From an uncultured Planctomycetota bacterium (GTDB lineage Bacteria; Planctomycetota; Phycisphaerae; Tepidisphaerales; Tepidisphaeraceae), in contig CAWJEN010000006.1 in the NCBI GenBank assembly GCA_963841915.1, positions 160,001-224,000 on the forward strand: a stretch of 64,000 nt of DNA, read 5' to 3'. The notes beneath the pieces were generated by a model, which saw only the letters and a program-made list of their open reading frames with translations, made no database searches and had not been told where the DNA came from. The stretch's first letter is position 1. Each line of letters starts with the position of its first letter. Below are positions 55,373 to 64,000 of the stretch, one piece after another. The translations under genes and the position numbers were made by a program.

Positions 55373-56566
55373 ATGTCCTCCGCCACCAGCACCAAGCGCG
55401 ACTACTACGAGGTTCTCAGCGTCGACCGATCGGCGACTGTGGTCGAGATCAAGAAGTCGTACCGCCGGCTTGCAATGAAGTTCCACCCGGACCGCAATGG
55501 TGGCGACGCAGAGGCCGACACGAAGTTTCGCGAGTGTGCCGAGGCGTACGAGGTGCTCTCCGACGACCAGAAACGCGCCCGCTACGACCGCTTCGGCCAT
55601 GAAGGCGTTAAGGGCCAGGCACACGACTTCCGCCATGCCGACGTCTCGGACATCTTCGACGCGTTCGGCGACATTTTCGGCTTCAGCGGCATGGGCGGGG
55701 GCGGACGACGAGGCGGACGCCAAGGCCCACGTGCCGGAGCAGACCTTGAAACAACCGTCGAGCTCACGCTTGAGGAAGTTGCCGTCGGCGTCGAAAAGAC
55801 GCTGGAGTTCGACCGACGCGAGATCTGCGAAAGGTGCGAAGGCAACGGCCTCAAAGAAGGCGCATCGCCGTCGACGTGCTCGACCTGCAACGGCCAGGGT
55901 CGTGTAGCCCAGCAAGGGCTTGGCGGCATGTTTCGGATGGTCGTCGCCTGCCCCGCCTGCCGCGGTCGAGGCGTAAAGGCCGACCCGAGCGACGCTTGCC
56001 CCAAGTGCGACGGAGACGGTCGAACGACCGAAACCCGCAAAGTCAGCGTCAAAGTTCCCGCAGGCGTCCACGAAGGCCAAGCCGTCCGCATCGGCGGCGA
56101 GGGTGAGCCCGGCTCGACCCGCGAAGCGCCGTCCGGTGACCTCATCTGCTACATCAGCGTCGCCAACCACCCGGTCTTCACGCGGCACGATCGCGACCTT
56201 GTTTGTCAGGTGCCCGTCAGCTTCACGACAGCCGCCCTGGGTGGTCGGCTCGATGTACCGACGCTTGCCGAGCCGTCGAACAACGGTCGCCAAACGCTCG
56301 GCCAAGGCAGCCTCGACATCGACGCCGGTACGCAACACGGCGAGGTGTTCAAGATGCGCAGCAAGGGCCTGCCCGACGTCAGGGGCGGCCGCCGAGGCGA
56401 TCTGATGGTCCAGGTGCTCGTCGAGATTCCCAAGCAGCTCGACGACAAGCAGCGTGACCTGCTGAACCAATTCGCCGAGACCGAAGACGACAACCACAAC
56501 CGCCACGCGATGCCGCAGCGCAAGGGCTTTTTGAAAAAGCTCAAGACGATGCTCGCCGGCGACTAG
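55373..56566 (+). CDS. dnaJ: Chaperone DnaJ
   Basis: J domain with HPD, G/F region, four CxxCxGxG. Confidence 0.98.
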   Translation: MSSATSTKRDYYEVLSVDRSATVVEIKKSYRRLAMKFHPDRNGGDAEADTKFRECAEAYEVLSDDQKRARYDRFGHEGVKGQAHDFRHADVSDIFDAFGDIFGFSGMGGGGRRGGRQGPRAGADLETTVELTLEEVAVGVEKTLEFDRREICERCEGNGLKEGASPSTCSTCNGQGRVAQQGLGGMFRMVVACPACRGRGVKADPSDACPKCDGDGRTTETRKVSVKVPAGVHEGQAVRIGGEGEPGSTREAPSGDLICYISVANHPVFTRHDRDLVCQVPVSFTTAALGGRLDVPTLAEPSNNGRQTLGQGSLDIDAGTQHGEVFKMRSKGLPDVRGGRRGDLMVQVLVEIPKQLDDKQRDLLNQFAETEDDNHNRHAMPQRKGFLKKLKTMLAGD

Positions 56567-56606
56567 ATCGCGACGCCCGCTACTTCTCCGCACACCACGA
56601 CTTCCC

Positions 56607-57164
56607 ATGAGCGACCCGAACCCGCAGGCGACCCCGGAACTGAACGACTACGTCGAAGACGCCGACGCCGAGACGTCGCAGAACACGCCGGCCGAAGAAG
56701 AAGCTGTCGACGAGCTGGAGCTGCTCCGCCAGGAGAATGGCGAGCTGCGCAACATGCTCGCCCGCAAGCAGGCCGACTACCAGAACAGTCAGCGGCGGCT
56801 CGAAAAGGACGCGTCGCAACGCCTCAAGGTCGCCGCAGGCCAACTCGTGCGCGAGTTCCTGCCCGTCGTCGACAACCTCGAGCGGGCGCTGGACGTGCCC
56901 GACACAGTCGACGTCGCGACCGTGCTTAATGGCGTCCGCGGCACCTACACGCAGCTCGTCGATGTGCTCAAGACGAATGGCGTTGAATCCATCGCCCCGG
57001 AGGTCGACGAGCCGTTCAATCCCGAGCATCACGAGGCGCTCATGCAGGAGCCGCGTAATCCAGCACCCGACACGCAGGTCGTAACGCGTGTCCTGCAAAA
57101 GGGCTACAGCTTCGACGGTCGGGTCATCCGTCCGGCTCAGGTTGCGGTCAGTGCCTCTGCCTGA
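56607..57164 (+). CDS. grpE: Nucleotide exchange factor GrpE
   Basis: ADYQNSQRR, LPVVDNLERAL, FNPEHHEA, QKGY...VIRPAQV. Confidence 0.96.
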   Translation: MSDPNPQATPELNDYVEDADAETSQNTPAEEEAVDELELLRQENGELRNMLARKQADYQNSQRRLEKDASQRLKVAAGQLVREFLPVVDNLERALDVPDTVDVATVLNGVRGTYTQLVDVLKTNGVESIAPEVDEPFNPEHHEALMQEPRNPAPDTQVVTRVLQKGYSFDGRVIRPAQVAVSASA

Positions 57165-57248
57165 CCCCAGACGTACGGCAGCTCGGATATCGGTAAGCCC
57201 CTGGAGCTTTGCCACACCGGCAGCGGCCCTGTAATGCGGGATCTAGTA

Positions 57249-57276
57249 TTGACACAGACGTAACTTGTAGTAACTT
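57249..57276 (+). promoter_or_regulatory. Sigma70-type promoter overlapped by GTAACTT direct repeat
   Basis: TTGACA-N16-TAACTT; GTAACTT-GTA-GTAACTT. Confidence 0.55.
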
Positions 57277-57572
57277 ACGCCTTAGAGGAGGCGCTGCGGC
57301 CTGCGCTGTGCAGGTTTGCGAGGCGCGTCGCAGAGGCGCTTCAGGAGGCAATGAGCGGTCAACGAGGGTAGAGCGTCACCTGTTTTTGCAGAGGCGTAGA
57401 GCCGGTGTCGCACCTGATGAGGTGCCGTCCCGGCAGATGCGCCATGCGTTACAGGCCAAGCACGGCTTGGCAGCAGATGCGTCGACACCTTGCAACCCGC
57501 TGTTGTTTCACCGAAGGCCTACGTCGACTTATCACATTGAGCGCTTTGCTCACCACAACATTCGGAGGAATC

Positions 57573-58622
57573 ATGCAACTAAACCTAACCGTCGCCACCA
57601 CCACGATCGCCGCCCTCGCTCTTGCCGCCAGCGCGACGAGTGCTCAGCTTACGTTCAACGACGACTTCACCGCCGGCGCGACGCTGGCCGACAACTACAC
57701 CTACTTCGTCCTCGACAACGACTTCGCCACTGCCGGCAATCAGAACCTGCCAGGCGGCGGGACGAACACGCTCTCGGAGACCGGCGGCGCGTTCAACCTC
57801 ACCGCGTCCGGCGTTGACCTCACGAGCAGCTCCGGCGGCGCCTTTAACTTCACCCGCCTGACCCGCAGCGAAAGTCCTGACTCGGCCTTTGACCTCACGC
57901 AGCCTTCGTCGCTGACCATCGACGTCGCCAACCTTGACAACCTCTTCTTCGACGCCATCCAGCGGCCCGTCGTCTTTGGATTCGGCGACACCGTCCCGGC
58001 CATCAATGTTCAGGTTCAGGCCCGCTTCAACGGCGGCATGGTTCAGTCGATCATCGACGTCCTCGACAGCGACGGCAACATGCTCGCGCCGCGCACGACG
58101 ACCGTGCTCAACCCCAACAACAACCTGCTCACGCTCAATCTCGATGACGACAGCTTCAGCGTCGACTTCGGCACTGCCACCGTCATCGGCGACACGCTTC
58201 ACAACCTCACTTTTGACTCGGCCAACGACGGCAAGCCTTTCTTCGAAGCCCGCACCGTCTTTGGCGGCGACACGGCTAACTTCCTCGTCCAAAGCTTCTC
58301 CGGCAGCGGCTTTGCCGTCATCGACGACATGCGCCTGCCCGGCGACGCTAACGGTGACGGCACCGTCTCCATCCTCGACTTCGCCATCCTGCGGGCCAAC
58401 TTCGGCAGCAACATGGGCACCTTCGAGACCGGCGACTTCAACGAAGACGGCCTTGTTTCCATCCTCGACTTCGCCATCCTTCGCGCCAACTTCGGCACGA
58501 GCCTGACGCCGGCACAACTGGCAACGGTCGACGCCTGGTACGCCAGCGTGGTCCCCGAGCCGACGACCGCCGCCCTGTTCGCCCTTGGCGGACTGGCGAT
58601 GCTGCGTCGTCGCCGCGCTTGA
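57573..58622 (+). CDS. Secreted dockerin-like + PEP-CTERM protein
   Basis: GGAGG RBS; signal peptide; GDANGDGTV / GDFNED; VPEPTT...LRRRRA. Confidence 0.88.
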   Translation: MQLNLTVATTTIAALALAASATSAQLTFNDDFTAGATLADNYTYFVLDNDFATAGNQNLPGGGTNTLSETGGAFNLTASGVDLTSSSGGAFNFTRLTRSESPDSAFDLTQPSSLTIDVANLDNLFFDAIQRPVVFGFGDTVPAINVQVQARFNGGMVQSIIDVLDSDGNMLAPRTTTVLNPNNNLLTLNLDDDSFSVDFGTATVIGDTLHNLTFDSANDGKPFFEARTVFGGDTANFLVQSFSGSGFAVIDDMRLPGDANGDGTVSILDFAILRANFGSNMGTFETGDFNEDGLVSILDFAILRANFGTSLTPAQLATVDAWYASVVPEPTTAALFALGGLAMLRRRRA

Positions 58623-58685
58623 GCAAGACGATGCCGTCTTGAGAGAACTTAATCGGCTATACGGCCTACCGCTCTGCCTCCTCCC

Positions 58686-58725
58686 GCCCCGCCGCAGGCT
58701 CATCGTCTGCGGCGGGGCGTTCTTC
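58686..58725. terminator. Hairpin between convergent genes
   Basis: CGCCCCGCCGCAG-N9-CTGCGGCGGGGCG-TTCTT. Confidence 0.55.
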
Positions 58726-58742
58726 TGCGTGGCGGGCGACGG

Positions 58743-60032
58743 TCATCGTTCAGCGGCGAGCCGCTCGGCGATGCGTCGCCTGACGTCGCTCACGGTCACC
58801 CCTGACGCCAAATCCGAGGCAGCGGTTTCAAGGGCGAGGCCGAGCGTGGCAGCACCCTCGAGAAAGTCTGCATCGTGCGGCGGCAGATCGACGTGTGGCG
58901 CGAGCTGCCGAAATAACACCCGCGGCGGGCCGGTGACGTAGTACGGATCTGACGCAGGCTCGACCGCCAGCTCGAGCAACGGCGGCACGATGTCGGTCGC
59001 CGCCGATCGTGCACCGACAGCTTCCGGCGATGCGGCGATATACGTCAGCAACGCGATGGCCGCATCGACGTTGGGCGTGCCCGCGGGAACGGCCAGCATT
59101 GTCGCGCCCCAACCGGCCGTCGGCGGACCGTCGAGCGTCCAGCGCGGCAGCGGCATCAAGGCGACCTTCCCGGCCAGCTGCGGGGCCGACAAACGCAAAT
59201 AGGCCGATCGCCAGTCGGGAAGCCAAAGCGTCGCCACATCCCCGGCGGCAAAGTCGGCCGCCCACCTGCCGTGCCCTGCGGCCGTCGGTTTGGCCGCACC
59301 GTCGGCCAGCAGATCGGCAAGCAGCATCACTGAGTCAACAACGGCAGGCGTGTCGAGCGGACCGTCAAAGTCGTGCTGCGCCTGCTGGAGCAGCAGCGTC
59401 AGATGATCACTCTTCGTGAGCGTCGCCTCAAGAGCTGCCATGTGCGGCTCGCCGCGTGCCGCCCGTTTCGCCTTGTAATCTCGGCAAAGCTGGGAAAACT
59501 GTGCCCACGTCGCCGCTTGCGTCGGGTCGAGGCCGACCTCTTGCCAGAGGTCGACGCGATACGCCAAGGCCACTGGGTGGACGTCGATCGGCAGGCCGTA
59601 CATAACGCCGTCGCGTTGCCAGAGCCGCAGCCGGCTCTGCAGGAATCGCTGCATCACATCCCCGCTGATGAAGTCGTCGAGCGGCACGAACGGCCGATCC
59701 TGACCGAGCAGCCGCGTGGCCGACACAACGTCAAGCTGCACGACATCGGGCAGGCCGGACGGGTCACCCGACCACATCGTGCCTAGTCGCACGTCCATCG
59801 CCCGTCGATCGAGAACCTGAGCCGCAACGGTGCGGCCGGTTACCTGCTCGAAGCTGTCGAGCGGCGACGGGTCGCCCTGCCGAAGGGCATCGGCACTGGT
59901 TTGGGCAAAGGTCCAGAATTGCTGATCCGCCTTCGGTGGCGACGGCAACATCGCCAGCGTCGCTCCCGCCAGAAGGGTGACCGCCAGCAACAGCGTCGCC
60001 GGGAGCCCGAGCCGGTCGATCAGGGAACGCAC
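58743..60032 (-). CDS. ABC transporter substrate-binding protein (sugar-type)
   Basis: N-terminal TM anchor; LPDVVQL, YGLPIDVHP..LAYRVDL, GWGATMLAV; TACGCT 6 nt before GTG. Confidence 0.82.
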   Translation of the reverse strand: MRSLIDRLGLPATLLLAVTLLAGATLAMLPSPPKADQQFWTFAQTSADALRQGDPSPLDSFEQVTGRTVAAQVLDRRAMDVRLGTMWSGDPSGLPDVVQLDVVSATRLLGQDRPFVPLDDFISGDVMQRFLQSRLRLWQRDGVMYGLPIDVHPVALAYRVDLWQEVGLDPTQAATWAQFSQLCRDYKAKRAARGEPHMAALEATLTKSDHLTLLLQQAQHDFDGPLDTPAVVDSVMLLADLLADGAAKPTAAGHGRWAADFAAGDVATLWLPDWRSAYLRLSAPQLAGKVALMPLPRWTLDGPPTAGWGATMLAVPAGTPNVDAAIALLTYIAASPEAVGARSAATDIVPPLLELAVEPASDPYYVTGPPRVLFRQLAPHVDLPPHDADFLEGAATLGLALETAASDLASGVTVSDVRRRIAERLAAER

Positions 60033-60068
60033 AGCCGAAGCGTACGGCGTGATCAGGAGGGACCATGG

Positions 60069-60095
60069 GAGTGGTGGTCCCACGGACCGCGGCTC
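60069..60095. repeat. REP-like palindrome family A, degenerate left arm
   Basis: GAGTGGTGGTCC-CAC-GGACCGCGGCTC. Confidence 0.65.
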
Positions 60096-60171
60096 TAGGC
60101 ACATCTTGTCTGTCACGACGCTCCGTCTCCTCAGTTCCCCTCATTGTCAGTCGGCCCCTTACCCTCACCCC

Positions 60172-60699
60172 GTGTCTGACGCAGAGCCGATCCCGCACAA
60201 GCCCAAGCCGCTGGCGACACTCGACCATCTGCCGCGGCTGCCGGTGGGGGATGATCCGATCCGCCCCTTCGCACCAGCCTGTGCGACGTTCCGCACGTTT
60301 CTCCGCAAGCAGGGGTTGAAGTTCACGCCTGAGCGGGCGGCGATTCTGGATGCGGTGCTGAAGCACGAGGCTTTGTTTCACGCCGATTCCATCGTCGCGG
60401 CGCTGCGTGACGGCGAGGCGCGTGGCAGCCGGGCGACGGTGTACCGCACGCTCGCCCACCTGCAGGACGCCGGCCTGTTGCGGCAGGTCGCCTTTGATGG
60501 TGCGCGGCAGGGCTACTTCGAAGTCGTCACGGGGCGCCGGGGGCCGCGTGATTATCTTGTCGACGCCGAGACGGGCGAGGTGATTCAGCTCATCGACGAC
60601 GACCTGCTGGCCGCCCGCGATGCCGCCTGCCGCAAGCTCGGATACGAGCCTGTTCGGCACCACTTCCACGTCTTTGCACGCAAGCGAGCGGCGACTTGA
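60172..60699 (+). CDS. Fur family transcriptional regulator
   Basis: GLKFTPERAAIL, SRATVYRTL..L..AGLL. Confidence 0.85.
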   Translation: MSDAEPIPHKPKPLATLDHLPRLPVGDDPIRPFAPACATFRTFLRKQGLKFTPERAAILDAVLKHEALFHADSIVAALRDGEARGSRATVYRTLAHLQDAGLLRQVAFDGARQGYFEVVTGRRGPRDYLVDAETGEVIQLIDDDLLAARDAACRKLGYEPVRHHFHVFARKRAAT

Positions 60700-60744
60700 A
60701 CCACCTGACTTGTCGCGCGTGTTCTATGAGGCGACGATGCCGGT

Positions 60745-61914
60745 ATGGCCGACGCTTCTGACCGACCGCTCCGCGTCGTCCACATCATCACGAGGCTCAT
60801 CGTCGGCGGTGCGCAGGAGAACACACTGCTCACCTGCGAAGGTCTGCACGACCGCGGCCACGAGGTCACACTGCTCAGCGGCCCGAGCCTCGGCCCCGAA
60901 GGCACCCTCGAAGACCGCGCTCGATCGCACGGCTATCGCTTCGAAACGATTGACCCGCTCCGCCGCAGCATTCTTCCGCGGAAGGATTGGGCGTCTTACC
61001 ACGCGCTTCGCCACCGCATTGCCGAGCTCAAACCCGATGTCGTCCACACGCACAGCAGCAAAGCCGGCATCATCGGGCGATTGGCGGCGTGGGACGAGCA
61101 TGTGCCGCACGTCATCCACACGGTGCACGGCTTGAGCTTTACTGCCAGCACGCGACGCGTCGTCAATGCCGCCTACATCCAGCTCGAGCGACTCGCTGCC
61201 AAGCGGTGTCACACAATTGTCGGCGTCGCAGACGCCATGAACCGCGAGATGCTTGACCGACATATCGGCACCGCCGACCAGTATGAGACGGTTTACAGCG
61301 GCATGGACACGCGGGCTTTTGTCGAGGCGACCCGTGAGCGGGAGGCCACCCGCAGCGACCTCGGCCTTGCTGCCGATGATGTTGCCGTCGTGACGGTCGC
61401 CCGGCTGTTTGATATGAAAGGTCATGACGATCTGCTCGCCGCTGCGCCAAAGCTGTGCGAGAACCCAAACATCAAGTTTGTTTGGGTCGGCGACGGCTCG
61501 CGACGCGGCGACTTCGAACAAGAGATCGAGCGGCTGGGCCTGAAGGACCGCTTCATCCTCGTCGGCCTTGTCGACCCGGCGGCAGTGCCGAATTACGTGG
61601 CGGCCAGTGACGTGCTGGCCCACCCGTCGCGTCGCGAGGGCCTGGCCCGTGCCCTGCCGCAGGCGGCGTTGTGCGGGTTGCCGGTCGTTTGCTACGACAT
61701 CGACGGCAACATCGAAGGTCTCGTCCAAGGCGAGAGCGGCTACGCGGTGGCGGCATTCGACACGGCGGCGTTTACCGATCGAGTCGGCGAGTTGGTGAGT
61801 GATGCCGGCAAGCGACAGCAGATGGGCGGGATCGGCCAGCAATTCGCCACCGAGCGATTTGCGAAGGAGACGATGGTCGACGCTCTGGAGCGAATCTACC
61901 GCAAGCGTCCTTGA
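60745..61914 (+). CDS. GT4 family glycosyltransferase
   Basis: HIITRLIVGGAQEN, HTHSSKAG, HTVHG, KGH, EGLARALPQA. Confidence 0.92.
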   Translation: MADASDRPLRVVHIITRLIVGGAQENTLLTCEGLHDRGHEVTLLSGPSLGPEGTLEDRARSHGYRFETIDPLRRSILPRKDWASYHALRHRIAELKPDVVHTHSSKAGIIGRLAAWDEHVPHVIHTVHGLSFTASTRRVVNAAYIQLERLAAKRCHTIVGVADAMNREMLDRHIGTADQYETVYSGMDTRAFVEATREREATRSDLGLAADDVAVVTVARLFDMKGHDDLLAAAPKLCENPNIKFVWVGDGSRRGDFEQEIERLGLKDRFILVGLVDPAAVPNYVAASDVLAHPSRREGLARALPQAALCGLPVVCYDIDGNIEGLVQGESGYAVAAFDTAAFTDRVGELVSDAGKRQQMGGIGQQFATERFAKETMVDALERIYRKRP

Positions 61915-61939
61915 GCCGCGGTCCCACGGACCGCGGCTC
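61913..61939. repeat. REP-like palindrome family A
   Basis: GAGCCGCGGTCC-CAC-GGACCGCGGCTC. Confidence 0.75.
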
Positions 61940-62025
61940 GGGAACGTTGCACCAGAACGTGCTTCCCGGCCGCGCGCCGGATCAGACATTGGTTCGGCCC
62001 CGCGTGACGCGTACCGTCGTCGTCT

Positions 62026-64000
62026 ATGGCGAAGCGACGGCCGAAAGTGGCAAAGAAGCCCGACGAACCCACCCTTGAGGCCGAAACGGTCGACCAATCT
62101 GCCGGTCCTGTCACCGTAACGGGCCGCCCAACTGTGAGTGTCGCCGGAGGGCCACAGCAGATCGTGATCCCCGAGACGCTGCCGATTTTGCCGCTGCGCA
62201 ACCTCGTCGTCTTCCCCGGCACCGTCATGCCGCTCAACATCGGGCGGCCCAAGAGCAAGGCGCTGCTCGAAGAAGTCATGAGCGGTGAGCCCAAGATGAT
62301 CGGGGTCGTCGCCCAGCGCGACGTCGATGAAGAAGACCCCGACGCTTCCGGCCTGCACGCCATCGGCACCGTCTGCATGATCCTCAAGCTCTTCCGCCTG
62401 CCCGACGGCAATCAGTCGATTATCGTCCACGGCCACAACCGCTTCAAGCTCGACTCCATCGCCCAGACCGATCCGTTCCACATCGGCCATGTCGAACCGC
62501 TCGTCGACCACGATCCGGACGATGACGAGAGTCTGGCCCTCGTGGCCGGGATCCGTGAGCAAGCCAAGCGGCTCATCGAGCTGTCGCCCAATACGCCCGA
62601 AGAGGCGCAGCAGGTTCTGGAAAACATCCAGACGCCCGGCGCTTTAGCCGACTTTCTTGCCGCCAACTTGCCCGGTGAAGCCGACGAACGGCAGGAAGTT
62701 CTTGAAACGCTCAAGGTGCCCAAGCGTCTGCACCTTGTGGCCGAACGACTCGCGCGGCAGCTCGATGTGCTCGAGCTGCAGGACAAGATCCAGACGCAGG
62801 TCAAGAGCAATATCGACAAGACGCAGCGTCGCTTCTTCCTGCAGGAACAGATGAAGGCCATCCGCAAGGAGATGGGCGATATCGAAGAAGGTCCCGGCAA
62901 CGAAGCTGACGAGCTACGCGAACGACTCGAAGCGGCCGAACTTCCAGAGGCCGTCATGAAGGAGGCCAACCGCGAGCTGTCGCGGATGGAAACCATCCCG
63001 CAAGCCTCGCCGGAGTACGGCGTGATCCGCACGTACCTCGACATCCTCGCCGAGCTGCCTTGGAACAAGGCGACGGACGATCAGATCGATCTGACGCTGG
63101 CCCGAAAGCAGCTCGACAGCGATCACTATGGCCTGGACAAGGTCAAGAAGCGCATTCTCGAGTACCTGGCCGTCCGCAAGCTCAAGCCCGACGGTGGCGG
63201 CGCGATCCTTTGCTTCCTGGGCCCGCCCGGTGTCGGAAAAACGTCGCTCGGCAAAAGCATCGCCGAAGCGACCGGCCGCAACTTCATCCGCGTTGCGCTG
63301 GGCGGCGTCCGCGACGAATCTGAGATTCGCGGGCACAGGCGGACCTACATCGGCTCCATGCCCGGCCGCATCATCTCCGAGCTTCGCAAGGGGCAGACGA
63401 ACAACCCCGTCATGATGCTCGACGAGATCGACAAAGTCGGCAGCGACTTCCGCGGCGACCCGGCGTCGGCTTTGCTCGAAGTGCTCGACCCGGCACAGAA
63501 CCACGCCTTTACCGACCACTACCTTGACGTGCCTTTTGATTTGAGCAAGACGCTCTTCATCGCCACGGCCAACACGATGGACACCGTGCCCGGGCCGCTG
63601 CGGGACCGCATGGAGGTCATCGATATTCCCGGCTACACGCAGGCCGACAAGTTCCACATCGGCAAGACGTATCTCGTCCCACGCCAGCTTGCGAATAACG
63701 GGCTCAAGAAGTCACAAGCTCGCTTCAGCGATAAGGCGCTCCGCCTCATCATCGACGGCTACACCCGCGAAGCTGGCGTACGCAACCTTGAGCGGTCCAT
63801 TGGCAGCGTGATCCGATCCATTGCCGCAGAAATCGTCGGCGGCGAGTCGAAGAAGGTCACGGTCGACGAAGCGTACGTTGAAAAAGCCTTAGGGCCCGTC
63901 AAGTTCGAGGACGAGCTGGCCGCCCGAACCAGCGTGCCGGGTGTCGCGACAGGACTCGCCTACACGCCCTACGGCGGTGAAATTCTGTTCATCGAAGCCA
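62026..64000 (+). CDS. lon: Lon protease (runs off right edge)
   Basis: LPILPLRNLVVFPG, DHYGLDKVKKRILE, GPPGVGKT, HRRTYIG, LLEVLDPAQN. Confidence 0.97.
   Translation, partial: MAKRRPKVAKKPDEPTLEAETVDQSAGPVTVTGRPTVSVAGGPQQIVIPETLPILPLRNLVVFPGTVMPLNIGRPKSKALLEEVMSGEPKMIGVVAQRDVDEEDPDASGLHAIGTVCMILKLFRLPDGNQSIIVHGHNRFKLDSIAQTDPFHIGHVEPLVDHDPDDDESLALVAGIREQAKRLIELSPNTPEEAQQVLENIQTPGALADFLAANLPGEADERQEVLETLKVPKRLHLVAERLARQLDVLELQDKIQTQVKSNIDKTQRRFFLQEQMKAIRKEMGDIEEGPGNEADELRERLEAAELPEAVMKEANRELSRMETIPQASPEYGVIRTYLDILAELPWNKATDDQIDLTLARKQLDSDHYGLDKVKKRILEYLAVRKLKPDGGGAILCFLGPPGVGKTSLGKSIAEATGRNFIRVALGGVRDESEIRGHRRTYIGSMPGRIISELRKGQTNNPVMMLDEIDKVGSDFRGDPASALLEVLDPAQNHAFTDHYLDVPFDLSKTLFIATANTMDTVPGPLRDRMEVIDIPGYTQADKFHIGKTYLVPRQLANNGLKKSQARFSDKALRLIIDGYTREAGVRNLERSIGSVIRSIAAEIVGGESKKVTVDEAYVEKALGPVKFEDELAARTSVPGVATGLAYTPYGGEILFIEA

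Overview
High-GC bacterial core-chromosome segment, most likely Planctomycetota (Phycisphaerae-like). The inference rests on dockerin+PEP-CTERM proteins and the groL-groS-groL-dnaJ-grpE arrangement. It holds about 57 genes, mostly housekeeping (tuf, tRNA-Thr, cca, gatB, folE, ilvA, thrS, infB, rimK, nrdR, chaperones, lon), with no prophage, IS or CRISPR. The most unusual signals are non-coding and cluster at 33.6-36.9 kb. (1) An array of ~50-nt units, each a covarying hairpin with an anti-Shine-Dalgarno-like CCUCCUCC loop plus a second single-stranded CCUCCUCC; G-U pairs and U-tracts point to a minus-strand RNA. (2) A leaderless 15-aa Thr-rich leader peptide with attenuator hairpins directly ahead of thrS. 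(3) Four parS sites. Other notable items: an orphan MamK-like actin; a ParA-CBM48 fusion next to a degenerate MinD/FlhG-like protein; ssrA-like C-terminal -AA tails on five signalling/positioning proteins; pervasive TAnnnT-N5-8-start (leaderless) gene starts; a secreted carbonic anhydrase inside the chaperonin operon; and two REP-like repeat families. All product calls come from motif recognition by eye, not database searches.
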